Shown here piece after piece: positions 25,252 to 36,986 of a stretch of 45,247 nt of DNA. The stretch covers positions 1-45,247 of the forward strand of contig NW_021824689.1 in the NCBI RefSeq assembly GCF_006345805.1, written 5' to 3'. Each line of letters starts with the position of its first letter. Position 1 is the first letter of the stretch. This DNA comes from Octopus sinensis. Taxonomy: Eukaryota. The notes under the pieces are model-generated. The model saw only the letters and a list, made by a program, of their open reading frames with translations. It was not told the origin of the DNA and ran no database searches. The position numbers were made by a program, and so were the translations under genes.

Positions 25252-25310
25252 AACCGCCACTACAAATCGTTTCTTGTCTTGATCGACAATCTTCAGGTGG
25301 ACTTCCAATC
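25252..25310 (-). ncRNA. Type I hammerhead ribozyme motif (family 3), intact
   Basis: GAUUG-GAAGU-CCAC CUGAAGA UUGUC-GAUCAA-GACAA GAA AC-GAUUU-GU A GUGG-CGGUU. Confidence 0.8.
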
Positions 25311-27163
25311 TAAAAATCAAAATTTTAAAATATAAAAATAATACTTTTAAATAATTAAAGTATAAATGAAAAAATATAAGTTATAATCCATATATAACCT
25401 ATATATAATCCATATCGAAAATATAGACTAATTACCACGAATTCCCTAAAAAAAAAACCATGATAAACAAAACTCTTAAAAACATATAACGATAAAATCT
25501 CCCTTTGCTAAACTCTATAACAAACCTATAAAGTAACCCCCTAACCTAAACATTCACACACAAATACACACACGTAAACCACAACAAAAACTCACGACTT
25601 ATACACATACCTATACTAACTTATAAAACTCAATATACACCAAAACCCACTCCCTCCCCACACAGACAAATAACACATACATCCCAAACCTAAATAACAA
25701 CCCATATACACATTCACACACAAAACACACACTCACACGCAAAACACTCACACACAAAAGATACATATACTCCTCACATATACGCCTATACATACTCACT
25801 AAACTCGACATATACAACAACATACTTACACACCCACAAAAAACATTATATACATTTATGAGCTTTAACTCACCTTAGCATCTCTAACAAACAACTTGCA
25901 GTAACCCAATCCCATTCTCTATGCCTACCTCACTACTACACACTATTCATTCACATTCCAAGCAACGCTAGTCCACCACCCGGTTATTCACGTGGCAAAA
26001 CGAACACCACTCAAAAATTATGAATGAAACAATGTAAAAAAAAACCAACACCTAAAATATACAAAATACCACAAATTACCTAAAAAAAACCATGATAAAA
26101 CAAAACTCATAAAAGCATATAACGATAAAATCTCTCCCTTTGCTAAACCCTATAACCAAACTTATATAGCAATCCCCTAACCTAAACATTCACACACAAA
26201 AACCCACACGTAAACCACAGACCCAAGACTTACACACAAACCTATACTAACTTATAAACCTCAATATACACCAAAAACCACTCCCTCCCCACACAGACAA
26301 ATTAACACTACATCCCAAATCCTAAATAACAAACCCAAATACACATTCACACACACACACACACACGCAAAACACACACACACAAAGATACATATGCTCC
26401 CTCACATTACGCATATACATACTCACTAAAACTCGATATATACAACAATATTTACACCCCACACTCATACAGATAAATAAATTAATTATACAATTAAAAC
26501 TCACAACCAATCTCATATACATAAACACTCTTATGAAAACAACAATAAATACATCGTAATTAACCAGAATATCAAAAATAACATTATGACATAAGGATAA
26601 ATCAATACATACTTACATTCAGTTACAAATTATGAAGTGAAATTAGATTTTTAGCCGTTAAAAAACCAAACAAAATTACGTTACCATGGAAATAACTAAT
26701 GTAAAAAAAGAATACGCGCCATAGAGTGTGAGTGTTTTGCGTGTGAGTGTGTGTTTTGTGTGTGAATGTGTATATGGGTTTGTTATTTAGGTTTTGGGAT
26801 GTATGTGTTTATTTGTCTGTGTGGGGAGGGAGTGGGTTTTGGTGTATATTGAGGTTTATAAGTTAGTATAGGTATGTGTATAAGTCGTGAGTTTGTGGTT
26901 TACGTGTGGTATTTGTGTGTGAATGTTTAGGTTAGGGGGTTTACTTTATAGGTTTGTTATAGAGTTTAGCAAAGGGAGATTTTATCGTTATATGTTTTTA
27001 AGAGTTTGTTTTATCATGGTTTTTTTTAGGGAATTCGTGGTAATTAGTCTATATTTTCGATATGGATTATATTAGGTTATATATGGATTATATACTTATA
27101 TTTTTTCATTATACTTTAATTATTTAAAAGTATTATTTTTATATTTAAAATTTTGATTTTTTA

Positions 27164-27220
27164 GATTGGAAGTCCACCTGAAGATTGTCGATCAAGACAA
27201 GAAACGATTGTATGGCGTTT
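27164..27220 (+). ncRNA. Type I hammerhead motif (family 3), stem I disrupted by a 1-nt deletion
   Basis: Same core and stem II; reads GUA UGG instead of GUA GUGG. Confidence 0.55.
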
Positions 27221-27304
27221 TTTTTTGACTATTTATAATTTTATGTATTGATTAAGTCTTTCCTTTTTGTTTTTGCAATAGTGGTTTTGTCTCAAATAAT
27301 ATTT

Positions 27305-27308
<4 letters not shown>

Positions 27309-27345
<37 letters not shown>

Positions 27346-27356
27346 GTAGTTAGATT

Positions 27357-27451
<95 letters not shown>

Positions 27452-27700
27452 TAGATTAGATTAGATAGATAGATATCTGTTGAATATCTTTTTCGCCATT
27501 AATACCATTTCTACACAACACTACACTTTTCCATCACAACTCACTTTCTCCCTCTCTCTCTCTCTCTCTCTCTCCTTCCTCTCTATCCCCTTCCTCTCTA
27601 TCCCCTTCCCCTCTCTCTCCTTTCTCTCTCTCCCCTTCCTCTCTCTCCCCTTCCCCTCTCTCTCCTTTCTCTCTCTCACCTTCCTCTCTCTCTCACTTCA
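27309..27700. repeat. (TA)(GA)(GATA)n tract and a (CT)-rich degenerate minisatellite
   Basis: Directly visible. Confidence 0.9.
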
Positions 27701-27974
27701 TTCTCTTTACGTCTGGCTCATTACTGACTCTTTAGAAATCACTTATCCTCTCTAAGGTCATCAATTCATTCTTTGTTCATTTCTGTGAACTTCTCTTGAT
27801 ATCCAATTCTTACTTCCGATTAGGACAACCAAGAAAGAGGATGGCCGAAGGCCTGAGTTCTCTAGACGAACGTCTTGCGCTTGAATAGTCAAATTATCAT
27901 TTGGAGTCGAAGTTGTTTACATAGTGATAATCACAGACGCATCACGATGAGGAAAGAAAGGAAATAAGACGAAC

Positions 27975-28690
<716 letters not shown>

Positions 28691-28779
28691 GTTTTCCTTT
28701 AGCGAGTCTAGGACTTTCTGTGATTCACTCTGGATCTCGACAGTGGTGATAAAACGGCAACCTTTAGCTGTATTTTCAT

Positions 28780-29578
28780 CATGGGGAAGAGATGGAAGTC
28801 TGAAGGTGTAAATCTAGCGATTAGGGCGGATGCAGATGCGGAAGTGATACAATTTTTTTTCACGAGAAACCCACGATTGAGGAGAACTATTTTGTTTCAG
28901 ACTAAATAAATTCAAATTTATAAATTAGATAAGGACTATAGACCTAATTACAATCATAACCCTCCACATAATTTTTAAAGAGACTGATTCCACCGTGGAT
29001 AGAGTTGGACATAGCCGCAAAAGAAGTGTGCAGACACTCGGTTTATCAAAAGCACCAAAGAAAAGATACGGCGAAATCCTCGTCGTTCCGTTGGAAAATT
29101 GGCTGCCACAGCGAAAATAAGCTGAACGTCGATGTATCGAGTGCTGAAGAAGGATCTCGGGACCCACCTCTACAAGATAACCAGTCGTAATGAGCTCACG
29201 CAAGTTTACAAAGCCATGAGACCGGAGAGAAGCCCTCTTATCCTGCGTCATATTGTTTGAAGGCATACTGCCCAACCTGGTGTTCACTGACGATAAGAAA
29301 TTTACCATCGAGCAGACAGTAAACCACCAGAATGACCGACTTCATAGTGTATCTGGCTCCGTCGAGAGTAGGCTTTGATTCCGCAAGAACAGCTGCATGC
29401 TGTATTTACACCTAGAAAAAGGCTATAATTCGAAACAGGAGTGGTGATATCGAATAAATGTGCTGGTATCATAATTGTGTTTCCTTTACCATTGCAATGC
29501 TCAGACCAGAAATGTAACAATATTTTGATTTGACAAAATTGAAAAAAATTGATTGCCTTAATTTTGGGACACCCTGTA
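28780..29578 (+). mobile_element. Tc1/mariner-superfamily transposase relic with right TIR
   Basis: FKETDSTVDR...KIRRNPRRSVGKLA (HTH region) and LVFTDDKKFTIEQTVNHQNDR (first catalytic D). Right TIR ...ttttgggacaccctg followed by TA at 29577-29578. Left TIR and most of the catalytic domain are absent. Confidence 0.82.
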
Positions 29579-29584
29579 ATATTA

Positions 29585-30131
29585 CTAGCTTAAAAACCGC
29601 ACTCCGTGTGGACTTTTGATTTGGCTCCTGCAGAGCGCTAATTGGCCCTGCAGCCCAAAACTAAAGAGAGCTAAATAGCATGATTACAATGCGGTCTGTA
29701 ATGACTATATACTCTGGTAGTGTTTGGTCAGAGGTCAAGGACGGATGACAATTAATTCTATAATGCAACCATTCTATTGTTCCACTCCCAAATTCAATTC
29801 AACTTTTGACCAATTTGTTACAAAGGTCTTATCTCGACGTAAAATTAACGAAGCGAATGTCATTTATCTCCCCCTTGATCCCTGACGTCATCAAACGAAC
29901 GCCAATCAAGATGGCGTGAATCAGCCAAGCGTTACTCGCTAGAAATAGCAACTCAAATGCTTTTAAATCTGATCCCAAAATTGGATGTTCCAGAACTAAA
30001 TGAAAGGTAGATTTTCAATGCCGAGGTCATCCTGATTCCAAAATGGTATAATATGTCTATGTAGAGCAAATGTAGAATGAGATACAAGAATCCCGGACGA
30101 ACAGACAGAATCTCACCTTTATTACTATAGA
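29585..30131 (-). mobile_element. Non-autonomous Helitron (547 bp)
   Basis: Minus strand reads A|TC...CTAG|T, with a subterminal imperfect hairpin ccacac-gga-gtgcgg about 8 nt before CTAG and a short tctgtctgttcgtccg tract near the 5' end. Confidence 0.72.
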
Positions 30132-30139
30132 TATATACA

Positions 30140-30300
30140 ACTGTCTTCTTTCAGTTTCCGTCTACCAAATCCACTCACAAGGCTTCGGTAGCCCCCGAGG
30201 ATATAGTAAAAGACACTTGCCCAAGGTGTCACTCAGTGGAACTGAACTCGGGACCATGTGGTTGATTAGCAAGCCTCTTACCACACAGGCACGCCTGTGT
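30140..30300 (-). mobile_element. Family B SINE 5' half
   Basis: ttcagtttccgtctaccaaatccactcacaagg...cacttgcccaaggtg. Confidence 0.85.
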
Positions 30301-30649
30301 CCGTACAGTGGCCCACGCGCGCATGTACGGAGCTGCAACTAAGATGAAAAAGCCTGAGTACAGAAATATTTCGAATGTCTTATATCTTTTTTCCTCGTAA
30401 AATTTTTACTCGGGAAATTGATTCGCTGAGGTTATCTCCCCTTTCAAGTTTGGAATCGGCTGCAATTAACGCCAGATGTTTGTTTATTTTCACGTAAAAC
30501 AAAGATCACAAAGATTATTTTCGTAGATAAATAATTTATCATGTCTGATATCTAGGTATTAATTTCTGTATCTTTGTTGCCTAATCCGTGTCATTAGCGT
30601 CTCTGATTTATTCCCTCTCACCTAATTTTGTTGTTGTGGTTGTTGTTAC

Positions 30650-30669
30650 TTTTGTGTGTGTGTGTGTGT

Positions 30670-30703
<34 letters not shown>

Positions 30704-30759
30704 TGAGGTTCTGCATGTATGCGTCTGTTGACATATACGTATGTATGTATGTGTGTGTG

Positions 30760-30790
<31 letters not shown>

Positions 30791-30801
30791 GTGTGTGTAT
30801 G

Positions 30802-30832
<31 letters not shown>

Positions 30833-30935
30833 GTGTGTGTATGTATGTATGTATGTATGCATCTGTAGACACGTATGTGTGCGTACATCTCCGAATGTTT
30901 CGCACTCAAACTTGTATGACACATTTACTATTTAT

Positions 30936-30975
<40 letters not shown>

Positions 30976-30990
30976 CAGTAGTAGTAGTTC
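30650..30990. repeat. (GT)n, (TATG)n and (GTA)n microsatellites
   Basis: Directly visible. Confidence 0.93.
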
Positions 30991-31013
30991 ATGTGACAAA
31001 TAAATGAATTATT

Positions 31014-31378
31014 AGCTGGCAGAAACGTTAGCATGCCGGGCGAAATGCTTAGCAGTATTTCGTCTGCGGTTACGTTCTGAGTTCAAATTCCGCCGAGGTC
31101 GACTTTGCCTTTCATCCTTTCGAGGTCGATAAATTAAGTACCAGTTACGCACTGGGGGTCGATATAACTGACTTAATCCGTTTGTCTGTCCTTGTTTGTC
31201 CTCTCTATGTTTAGCCCCTTGTGGGAAATAAATAAATGGGTATTTCGTCCGTCTCTACGTTCTGAGTTCAATTTCCACCGGAATCGACTTTGCCTTTCAA
31301 TCTTTCGCGGGGGGGGGGGGGGGGGGGTGACGATAAATTTGGTGCCGGTTGCGTATTGGGGTCGATGTAATCGACTAA
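31014..31378 (+). mobile_element. Family A SINE, head-body-tail-body dimer
   Basis: The tail joins the internal gtatttcgtc at 31240; G19 run at 31309-31327. Confidence 0.85.
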
Positions 31379-31415
31379 TCATCATCATCATTATCAGCAT
31401 CATCATCATTATTAA

Positions 31416-31459
<44 letters not shown>

Positions 31460-31497
31460 TATTATCGTTGTTATTATTATTATTATTATTATTATCG

Positions 31498-31588
<91 letters not shown>

Positions 31589-31622
31589 CAGCAGCAGCAG
31601 TAGTAGTAGTAGTAGTAGCAGT
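31379..31622. repeat. (ATC)(ATT)(GTA)(GCA) microsatellite
   Basis: Directly visible. Confidence 0.95.
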
Positions 31623-32029
31623 TGATTGAATTCCTATCTTGATTGAATGCCGAAAATGAAACGAAATGAAAACATCCAATATATTAGAGAGGAACGCGGT
31701 ATATTAAAAAAAAGAGCCATTTTACACAGCATTCACAGAGTCTATTTCCTACGTTTCATTGTGTTGCTGCGTAATGACAAGAAATTGAATTGAACTGAAC
31801 TAAATTCAATATCTATTCTTTCTAAAACATCAATAGAACGTGTCAATTTAGTCATCGTTTATTGATGAATAGCCACAATCAACTATTGCAAGTGTAATTC
31901 ATGTAAGATGATCAATCAGACAGGAAATGGAAGAAGAAGAAAAAAACACGTTTTTGTACAACTTTTAACAGTTTACAAGCTTTTCAGTGTACAAGCTTTC
32001 AAACCTCGACAGATGCCGCAGTATGCTTA

Positions 32030-32066
<37 letters not shown>

Positions 32067-32452
32067 ATTGGCTATCAATCAGCTTTGATGATGTTCCCTA
32101 TTCATTATTTCTCCACCCACCTTAAACTGCCATATTTACAGCTTACTTTCTACGACGTATATATCACGCAGCAAGCATTTACATGCATAAAACAATCCAT
32201 TCTGAAATGCTTGCATCGTTTTTTGTAGCTTACTCTTCTTATTCTGATATAACAACTTCAGACGTTAAATTTTGTAAAGCACCGGGTCTGATGACATACC
32301 AACTACCATTTCGATTTGCTGTATTCTTCTCCAAAATCTATTTAAACACTATGGTGTTTATTTGATTTTCTACTGACTTGTCCTGTGTAATGGAGAAATA
32401 CTGTACATATCTATAATACATATATATATAAGCAACAGGATTTCAAGTAGTA

Positions 32453-32540
32453 ATGCAGTACGGCCGTTTCAAGCAGATCTATTTAATTGAACAAAGCAAT
32501 CATTACACCAATTTAAATGCAGTGCTATCTTCAGCAGCAC
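32453..32540 (-). ncRNA. Type I hammerhead motif with extended stem II (family 4)
   Basis: GUGCUG CUGAAGA U AGCA...UGCU U GAA ACGGCCGU A CUGCAU; stem III is palindromic. Confidence 0.6.
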
Positions 32541-32959
32541 AAAATATAGACTTTTTATTAATAAGTAGGACACATTAATGTAATTTTTCTTACATATTTT
32601 TACAGTTATTAAGATGGAAGAAATTCCCGTTGTCGCTATTGTAGCAAAGTGGCGAAGAAAAGACTACATGACCATACCTAGCCATGAGCTGTCAACTCAA
32701 TCTTGTTCTTTATTCAAAATAGGCACAGTCTTCTAGTTTCAGATTTAATAGATGGTAAAGCGAAAAATAAATTAGAAATGAATTACAACACTTACAACCC
32801 TACGACCCCACTATCCTCCATGCGATTCTTAGAAATTATAGTCTATTTTTAGCCACTTTGCTACTAAAGCGACCACATAAATTTCCTGCATCTTCTTCCT
32901 CTGTTGAAACATTTAAGAAACATTATATTAACGTGTCTTACTTGTCTTTTATCATTTAT

Positions 32960-33147
32960 TTTGTTTCGGTCATTTAACTGTGGCCATGCTGAGGCATCAG
33001 CTTCAACAATTTTCGTCCAACAAATCGACTTCAGAACTTAATATAAGTCCTAGTACTTGCTGTATTCTCTTTTGCCGAAGTTACGGGGACGTAAACACAG
33101 CTACAACGATCGTCAAGCGGTGGGGGGTGGGGGGAGGACAAACAGAA

Positions 33148-33150
<3 letters not shown>
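32960..33150 (-). mobile_element. Family B SINE 3' half
   Basis: ctgtggccatgctg...gaagttacggggacgtaaacac. Confidence 0.8.
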
Positions 33151-33213
<63 letters not shown>

Positions 33214-33399
33214 AGAAAATGGAGAAACAAATTTAGTTTGTTCATCAACTTTCGGATATTAGAATGCTGAATTATTTATTCATTTAACAAAATGAGAACC
33301 TCAATAGCATACATATATATCTTATAATTCAATACATATAAGATAAGAATACAAATTATAAAAATCATAATATAATATAAATTATTGAAATCATTAAAA

Positions 33400-33540
33400 T
33401 CACTTCTTACAGCTGTTTCAGCCTATGGTTAAAAGTAGTTATTTTTATTTTTATTGCCTATAGTTGTCAATATATTGAGGTTGTGCGCATTTAAAAATAG
33501 GGTACTTATATATATAACCATAGGCCACGTCAGAGGTTAT
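33400..33540 (-). ncRNA. Degenerate hammerhead motif with a very long stem II loop (family 5)
   Basis: CUGACGU GGCCUAUGGUU...AACCAUAGGCU GAA ACAGCUGU A; A9 is replaced by U and stem I is weak. Confidence 0.45.
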
Positions 33541-33821
33541 TTATATATATATATTTGGGTACAGGATGCCACCAACAGTAAACAACATGAAATACGAAAA
33601 CAAATGAGTTAAATTCGCAAATAACGAGAGAAAAGATGGAAAACAAGACAAGTAATAGAAAGAACGGCCCTTCATCAGTTGTTGGCCGTCTTTCTACTCC
33701 CCATTTCGAGCAATCAATGACAATATGAGTCTACGAAAACAGTTTCTCCCATAAATACCAAAATAAAATTTTGGAGTTATGGAGGTCCAAAGGCGGAAAC
33801 AAAAACCAGGACAGTGGAGAC

Positions 33822-34288
33822 AGGGGCAAGAGTGGTTGCGTGGTAAGTAGCTTGCTTACCAAATACATGGTTCCGAGTTCAGTCTCACTGCATGACGCCT
33901 TGGGCAAGTGTCTTTTACTATAGCCTCGATCTTTGTAAGTGGATTTGGTGGACGAAAACTGAAAGAAACCCGGCGTTCGTGTGTGTGTGTGTATGCATAT
34001 ATGTGTGTGTGTGTGTATGCATATATATATGTGTGTGTGTGTGTGTGTATGTGTGTGTGTGTGTGTGGTGTGTGTGTGTGTGTGTGTGTGTGTTTGTAGC
34101 TCTATCAACGCTTGACAACCGATGTTGGTGTGTTTACATCCCCGCAACATAACGGTTCGGCAAAAAAGGCCGATAGGATAAGTTCTAGGCGTACAAAGAA
34201 TAAGTCTTGGTGTCTATTTGTTCGACTAAAAGTGGTGTTCCAGCATGGCCGCATTCAAATTACTGAAACAAATAAAAGAATAAAAGAA
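33822..34288 (+). mobile_element. Full family B SINE with central (GT)n
   Basis: Head, CORE-like ccttgggcaagtgtc, microsatellite and 3' half are all present. Confidence 0.88.
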
Positions 34289-34389
34289 TATACACCGTGC
34301 TTCTATCAGATTCCGTCTACCAAATCCACTCATATGCCTTTGATCGGCACGAGGCTATAGTAGAAGACACTTGCACAAAGTGCCCTGTG

Positions 34390-35400
34390 AAGCTCTTCTC
34401 AGGGTTACAACGTTCAGAAACTACAATGGAGTTTTTATTAGGAATAGAGATACTAGTTATTAGTTCTTTTATATTTTTGTTGCGTCTAAAGGCTTCCATA
34501 GGCGGATGAAGAAATATTTGTTTGAAGCGAGGATATTTTTCTGAAATACGTTGGTAAGTTTCGTGCAACGCTTTTGAAATGCCAGCGAAATTTCGGTGCC
34601 AGTTAATTACAAAAGGAATTCGGGCATAAATTTTAGTTTGCTATAATTAGGCGTGAAAGTTTGACATTCATTGCTAATGTTATCTGTATCATTTGCGATT
34701 TCCTTCAATCGTGATTCACTATAACAGCGTTTGACATAATGGCGCACAAAACCATTTGCACGTTTCCAATAGTCCGTTATGTGAATACGAATCCGTGTTA
34801 ATCTCAAAAATCGGGACTTCTGATTTAATTTAGTTGTATGGCGTGGATGATCGTAGTGGCTGTGAAAATAAATGTAGGATGATACAGGTTTGCAAAATAA
34901 CTCTGTCACTATGCGGCCTTCTGAAAACTAAACTTTTGTGTCCATAAAAATTGACGCCTCCTTATGAAAAACTCGAAGAGAATTTTATGTTGGACTTACA
35001 AAAATGCAAAAGCGTAATTCAGCTATCTTGCGTTGCTTCTCAGACAAGTAAAAAGACGTCATCAATAAACTATTAGGTTGTCCCAAAAGTTCGTAAACAC
35101 TTGCAAAAATTGAATTTTTACTCGCCAAGTACTAACAAAAACAACAAAAATTATTCCTCAAAATAAAGACCATTATTTTCCAAGACTTTCTACGAACTTT
35201 TGGGACAACCTTATATAACCAGAAAATAGATTTATGACCGGCCGTGCAGGGATTTGAATGTTTCTATTAACTGTGTATCAAATTTTGTCATGAAGATATT
35301 AGAGAAATTAACTGTCACGGCGCATCCTTTTGTCTGGTGGCAGAAGTTTTATTTACAACTAGGAAAACGGAACAAGTCTTGATTCAGCTCCAAGGACTCT
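34390..35400 (-). mobile_element. Penelope-like element RT fragment (lineage B), interrupted by a MITE
   Basis: QTKGCAV..NFSNIFMTKFD, WL*FIDDVF (split by the MITE), VTELFCKP..YIYFHSHYDHPRHT and IFLHPPMEAFRRNKNIKE. Confidence 0.8.
35073..35213. mobile_element. Tc1/mariner-type MITE, 141 bp, TA TSD
   Basis: TIRs ttaggttgtcccaaaagttcgta / tacgaacttttgggacaacctta (one mismatch); TA at 35071-35072 and 35214-35215. Confidence 0.88.
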
Positions 35401-35560
35401 CAGCAATGTGTGGAGAGAATTCGCTTTCAGTAAGAGCATCAAGCTGAAATCCTAAATCATTAGTTTCTTTTTTGTCGCTGCCCGTGAACTTAGCCCTTTT
35501 TTTTACCAACAGGTAGCCTAAAATGGTTCCAATTGCGATTATTTTACCACTCATTATATC

Positions 35561-35998
35561 GGCGCAGGGGTGGCTGTGTGGTAAGTAGCTTGCTTACCAA
35601 CCTCATGGTTCCGGGTTCAGTAGTCCCACTGCGTGGCACCTTGGGCAAGTGTCTTCTACTATAGCCTCGGGCCGACCAAAGCCTTGTGAGTGGATTTGGT
35701 AGACGGAAACTGAAAGAAGCCCGTCGTATATATATATATATATATAATGTGTGTGTGTGTGTGTGTGCGTGTATGTTTGTGTGTCTGTATTTGTCCCCCT
35801 AGCATTGCTTGACAACCGATGCTGGTGTGTTTATGTCCCCGTTACTTAGCGGTTCGGCCAAAAGAGACCGATAGAATATGTACTGGGCTTACAAAAGAAT
35901 AGTCCCGGGGGTCGAGTTGCTCGATTAAAGGCGGTGCTCCAGCATGGCCGCAGTCAGATGACTGAAACAAAGTAAAAGAGTAAAAGAGAGAGTAAAGA
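35561..35998 (+). mobile_element. Full family B SINE (well preserved)
   Basis: ggcgcaggggtggctgtgtggtaag head; ccgggttcagt B box; ccttgggcaagtgtc; (TA)/(GT)n; 3' half ending in gtaaaaga repeats. Confidence 0.92.
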
Positions 35999-36208
35999 GT
36001 AGTAACATATAAACAATTAATGTTGATATGTTTTCTATGAACAAAAAAAAAGCAATAAACAATTCAGCAATGATTAGACATCAATTTGTATCGAATCAAG
36101 GATATAATATGAAGATGCAAGTTACCAAAAATCATCAGTGAATATAAGAAAAACACTTTTGACTCAGCCTGGTATATTTTCTTACACATTTACTCAGACA
36201 TTTACTCA

Positions 36209-36592
36209 GTGGAGGCGCAATGGCCCTGTGTTTAGGGCAGCGGACTCGCGGTCGTAGGATCGCGGTTTCGATTCCCAGACCGGGCGTTGTGAGTGTTTAT
36301 TGAGCGAAAACACCTAAAAGCTCCACGAGGCTCCGGCAGGGGATGGTGTTGATCCCTGCTGTACTCTTTCACCACAACTTTCTCTCACTCTTACTTCCTG
36401 TTTCTGTTGTACCTGTATTTCAAAGGGCCGGCCTTGTCACTCTCTGTGTCACGCTGAATATCCCCGAGAACTACGTTAAGGGTGCACGTGTCTGTGGAGT
36501 ACTCAGCCACTTACACGTTAATTTCACGAGCAGGCTGTTCCGTCGATCGGATCAACCGGAACCCTCGTCGTCGTAACCGACGGAGTGCTTCC
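36209..36592 (+). mobile_element. Full-length family C SINE
   Basis: Near-identical to the copies at 6943 and 7955. Confidence 0.92.
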
Positions 36593-36753
36593 ATCCACTC
36601 AGACGATATATAGCAATCCAATTTTGGATTATCTCTTTCTCCTCATTGCCATTCTTGTTCAAACCAATCTCGTCCCTCCCCCGCCCTTCCTTATCGCCTC
36701 CATGTATTCTTCAGTGTTATCACTCCATCTGCCTTTCTATATACTCCTCCTAT

Positions 36754-36986
36754 GGCGGCGAGCTGGCAGAAACGGTTTCACGCCGGGCGAAATGCGTAGC
36801 CGTATTTCGTCTGCCGTTACGTTCTGAGTTCAAATTCCGCCGAGGTCGACTTTGCCTTTGATCCTTTCGGAGTCGATAAATTAAGTACCAGTTACGCACT
36901 GGGGTCGATGGAATCGACTTAATCGCTCTGTCTGTCCTTGTTTGTCCTCTCTGAGTATAGCCCCTTGTGGGTAATAAAGAAATATA
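36754..36986 (+). mobile_element. Family A SINE with 15-bp TSD
   Basis: TSD tatatactcctccta at 36738-36752 and 36987-37001. Confidence 0.92.

Larger units (their letters stand above)
25081..27308. mobile_element. ORF-less 2.2-kb structure with ~590-bp inverted arms, an internal ~400-bp direct repeat and one hammerhead per arm
   Basis: 25161-25753 is the reverse complement of 26726-27308; about 25431-25850 is repeated at about 26061-26465; HHR cores at 25296-25290 (-) and 27178-27184 (+). The repeats are certain; the mobile-element interpretation is inference. Confidence 0.6.

Noticed and set aside
25081-26720. Mitochondrial insertion (NUMT) or bisulfite-converted contaminant
   Set aside because: No mitochondrial ORF or tRNA is recognisable, and half of the residual G are outside CpG. 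It is kept only as an alternative in the skew finding.
27824-27888. Possible terminal exon after a pyrimidine-rich AG (QPRKRMAEGLSSLDERLALE*)
   Set aside because: Too short, with no homology or partner exons; spliced reads would be needed.
31309-31327. G19 run as a G-quadruplex or regulatory element
   Set aside because: It is an expansion of the GGGG in a SINE body, and homopolymer length is unreliable in assemblies.
32606-32736. Possible exon after tttttacag (IKMEEIPVVAIVAKWRRKDY...*)
   Set aside because: The acceptor is good but the peptide is unrecognised; chance acceptors are frequent in AT-rich DNA.
33660-33712. Minus-strand GCUC GAAA...CUGAUGA A GGGC (type II order)
   Set aside because: Stem II pairs, but no convincing stem I or stem III could be built.
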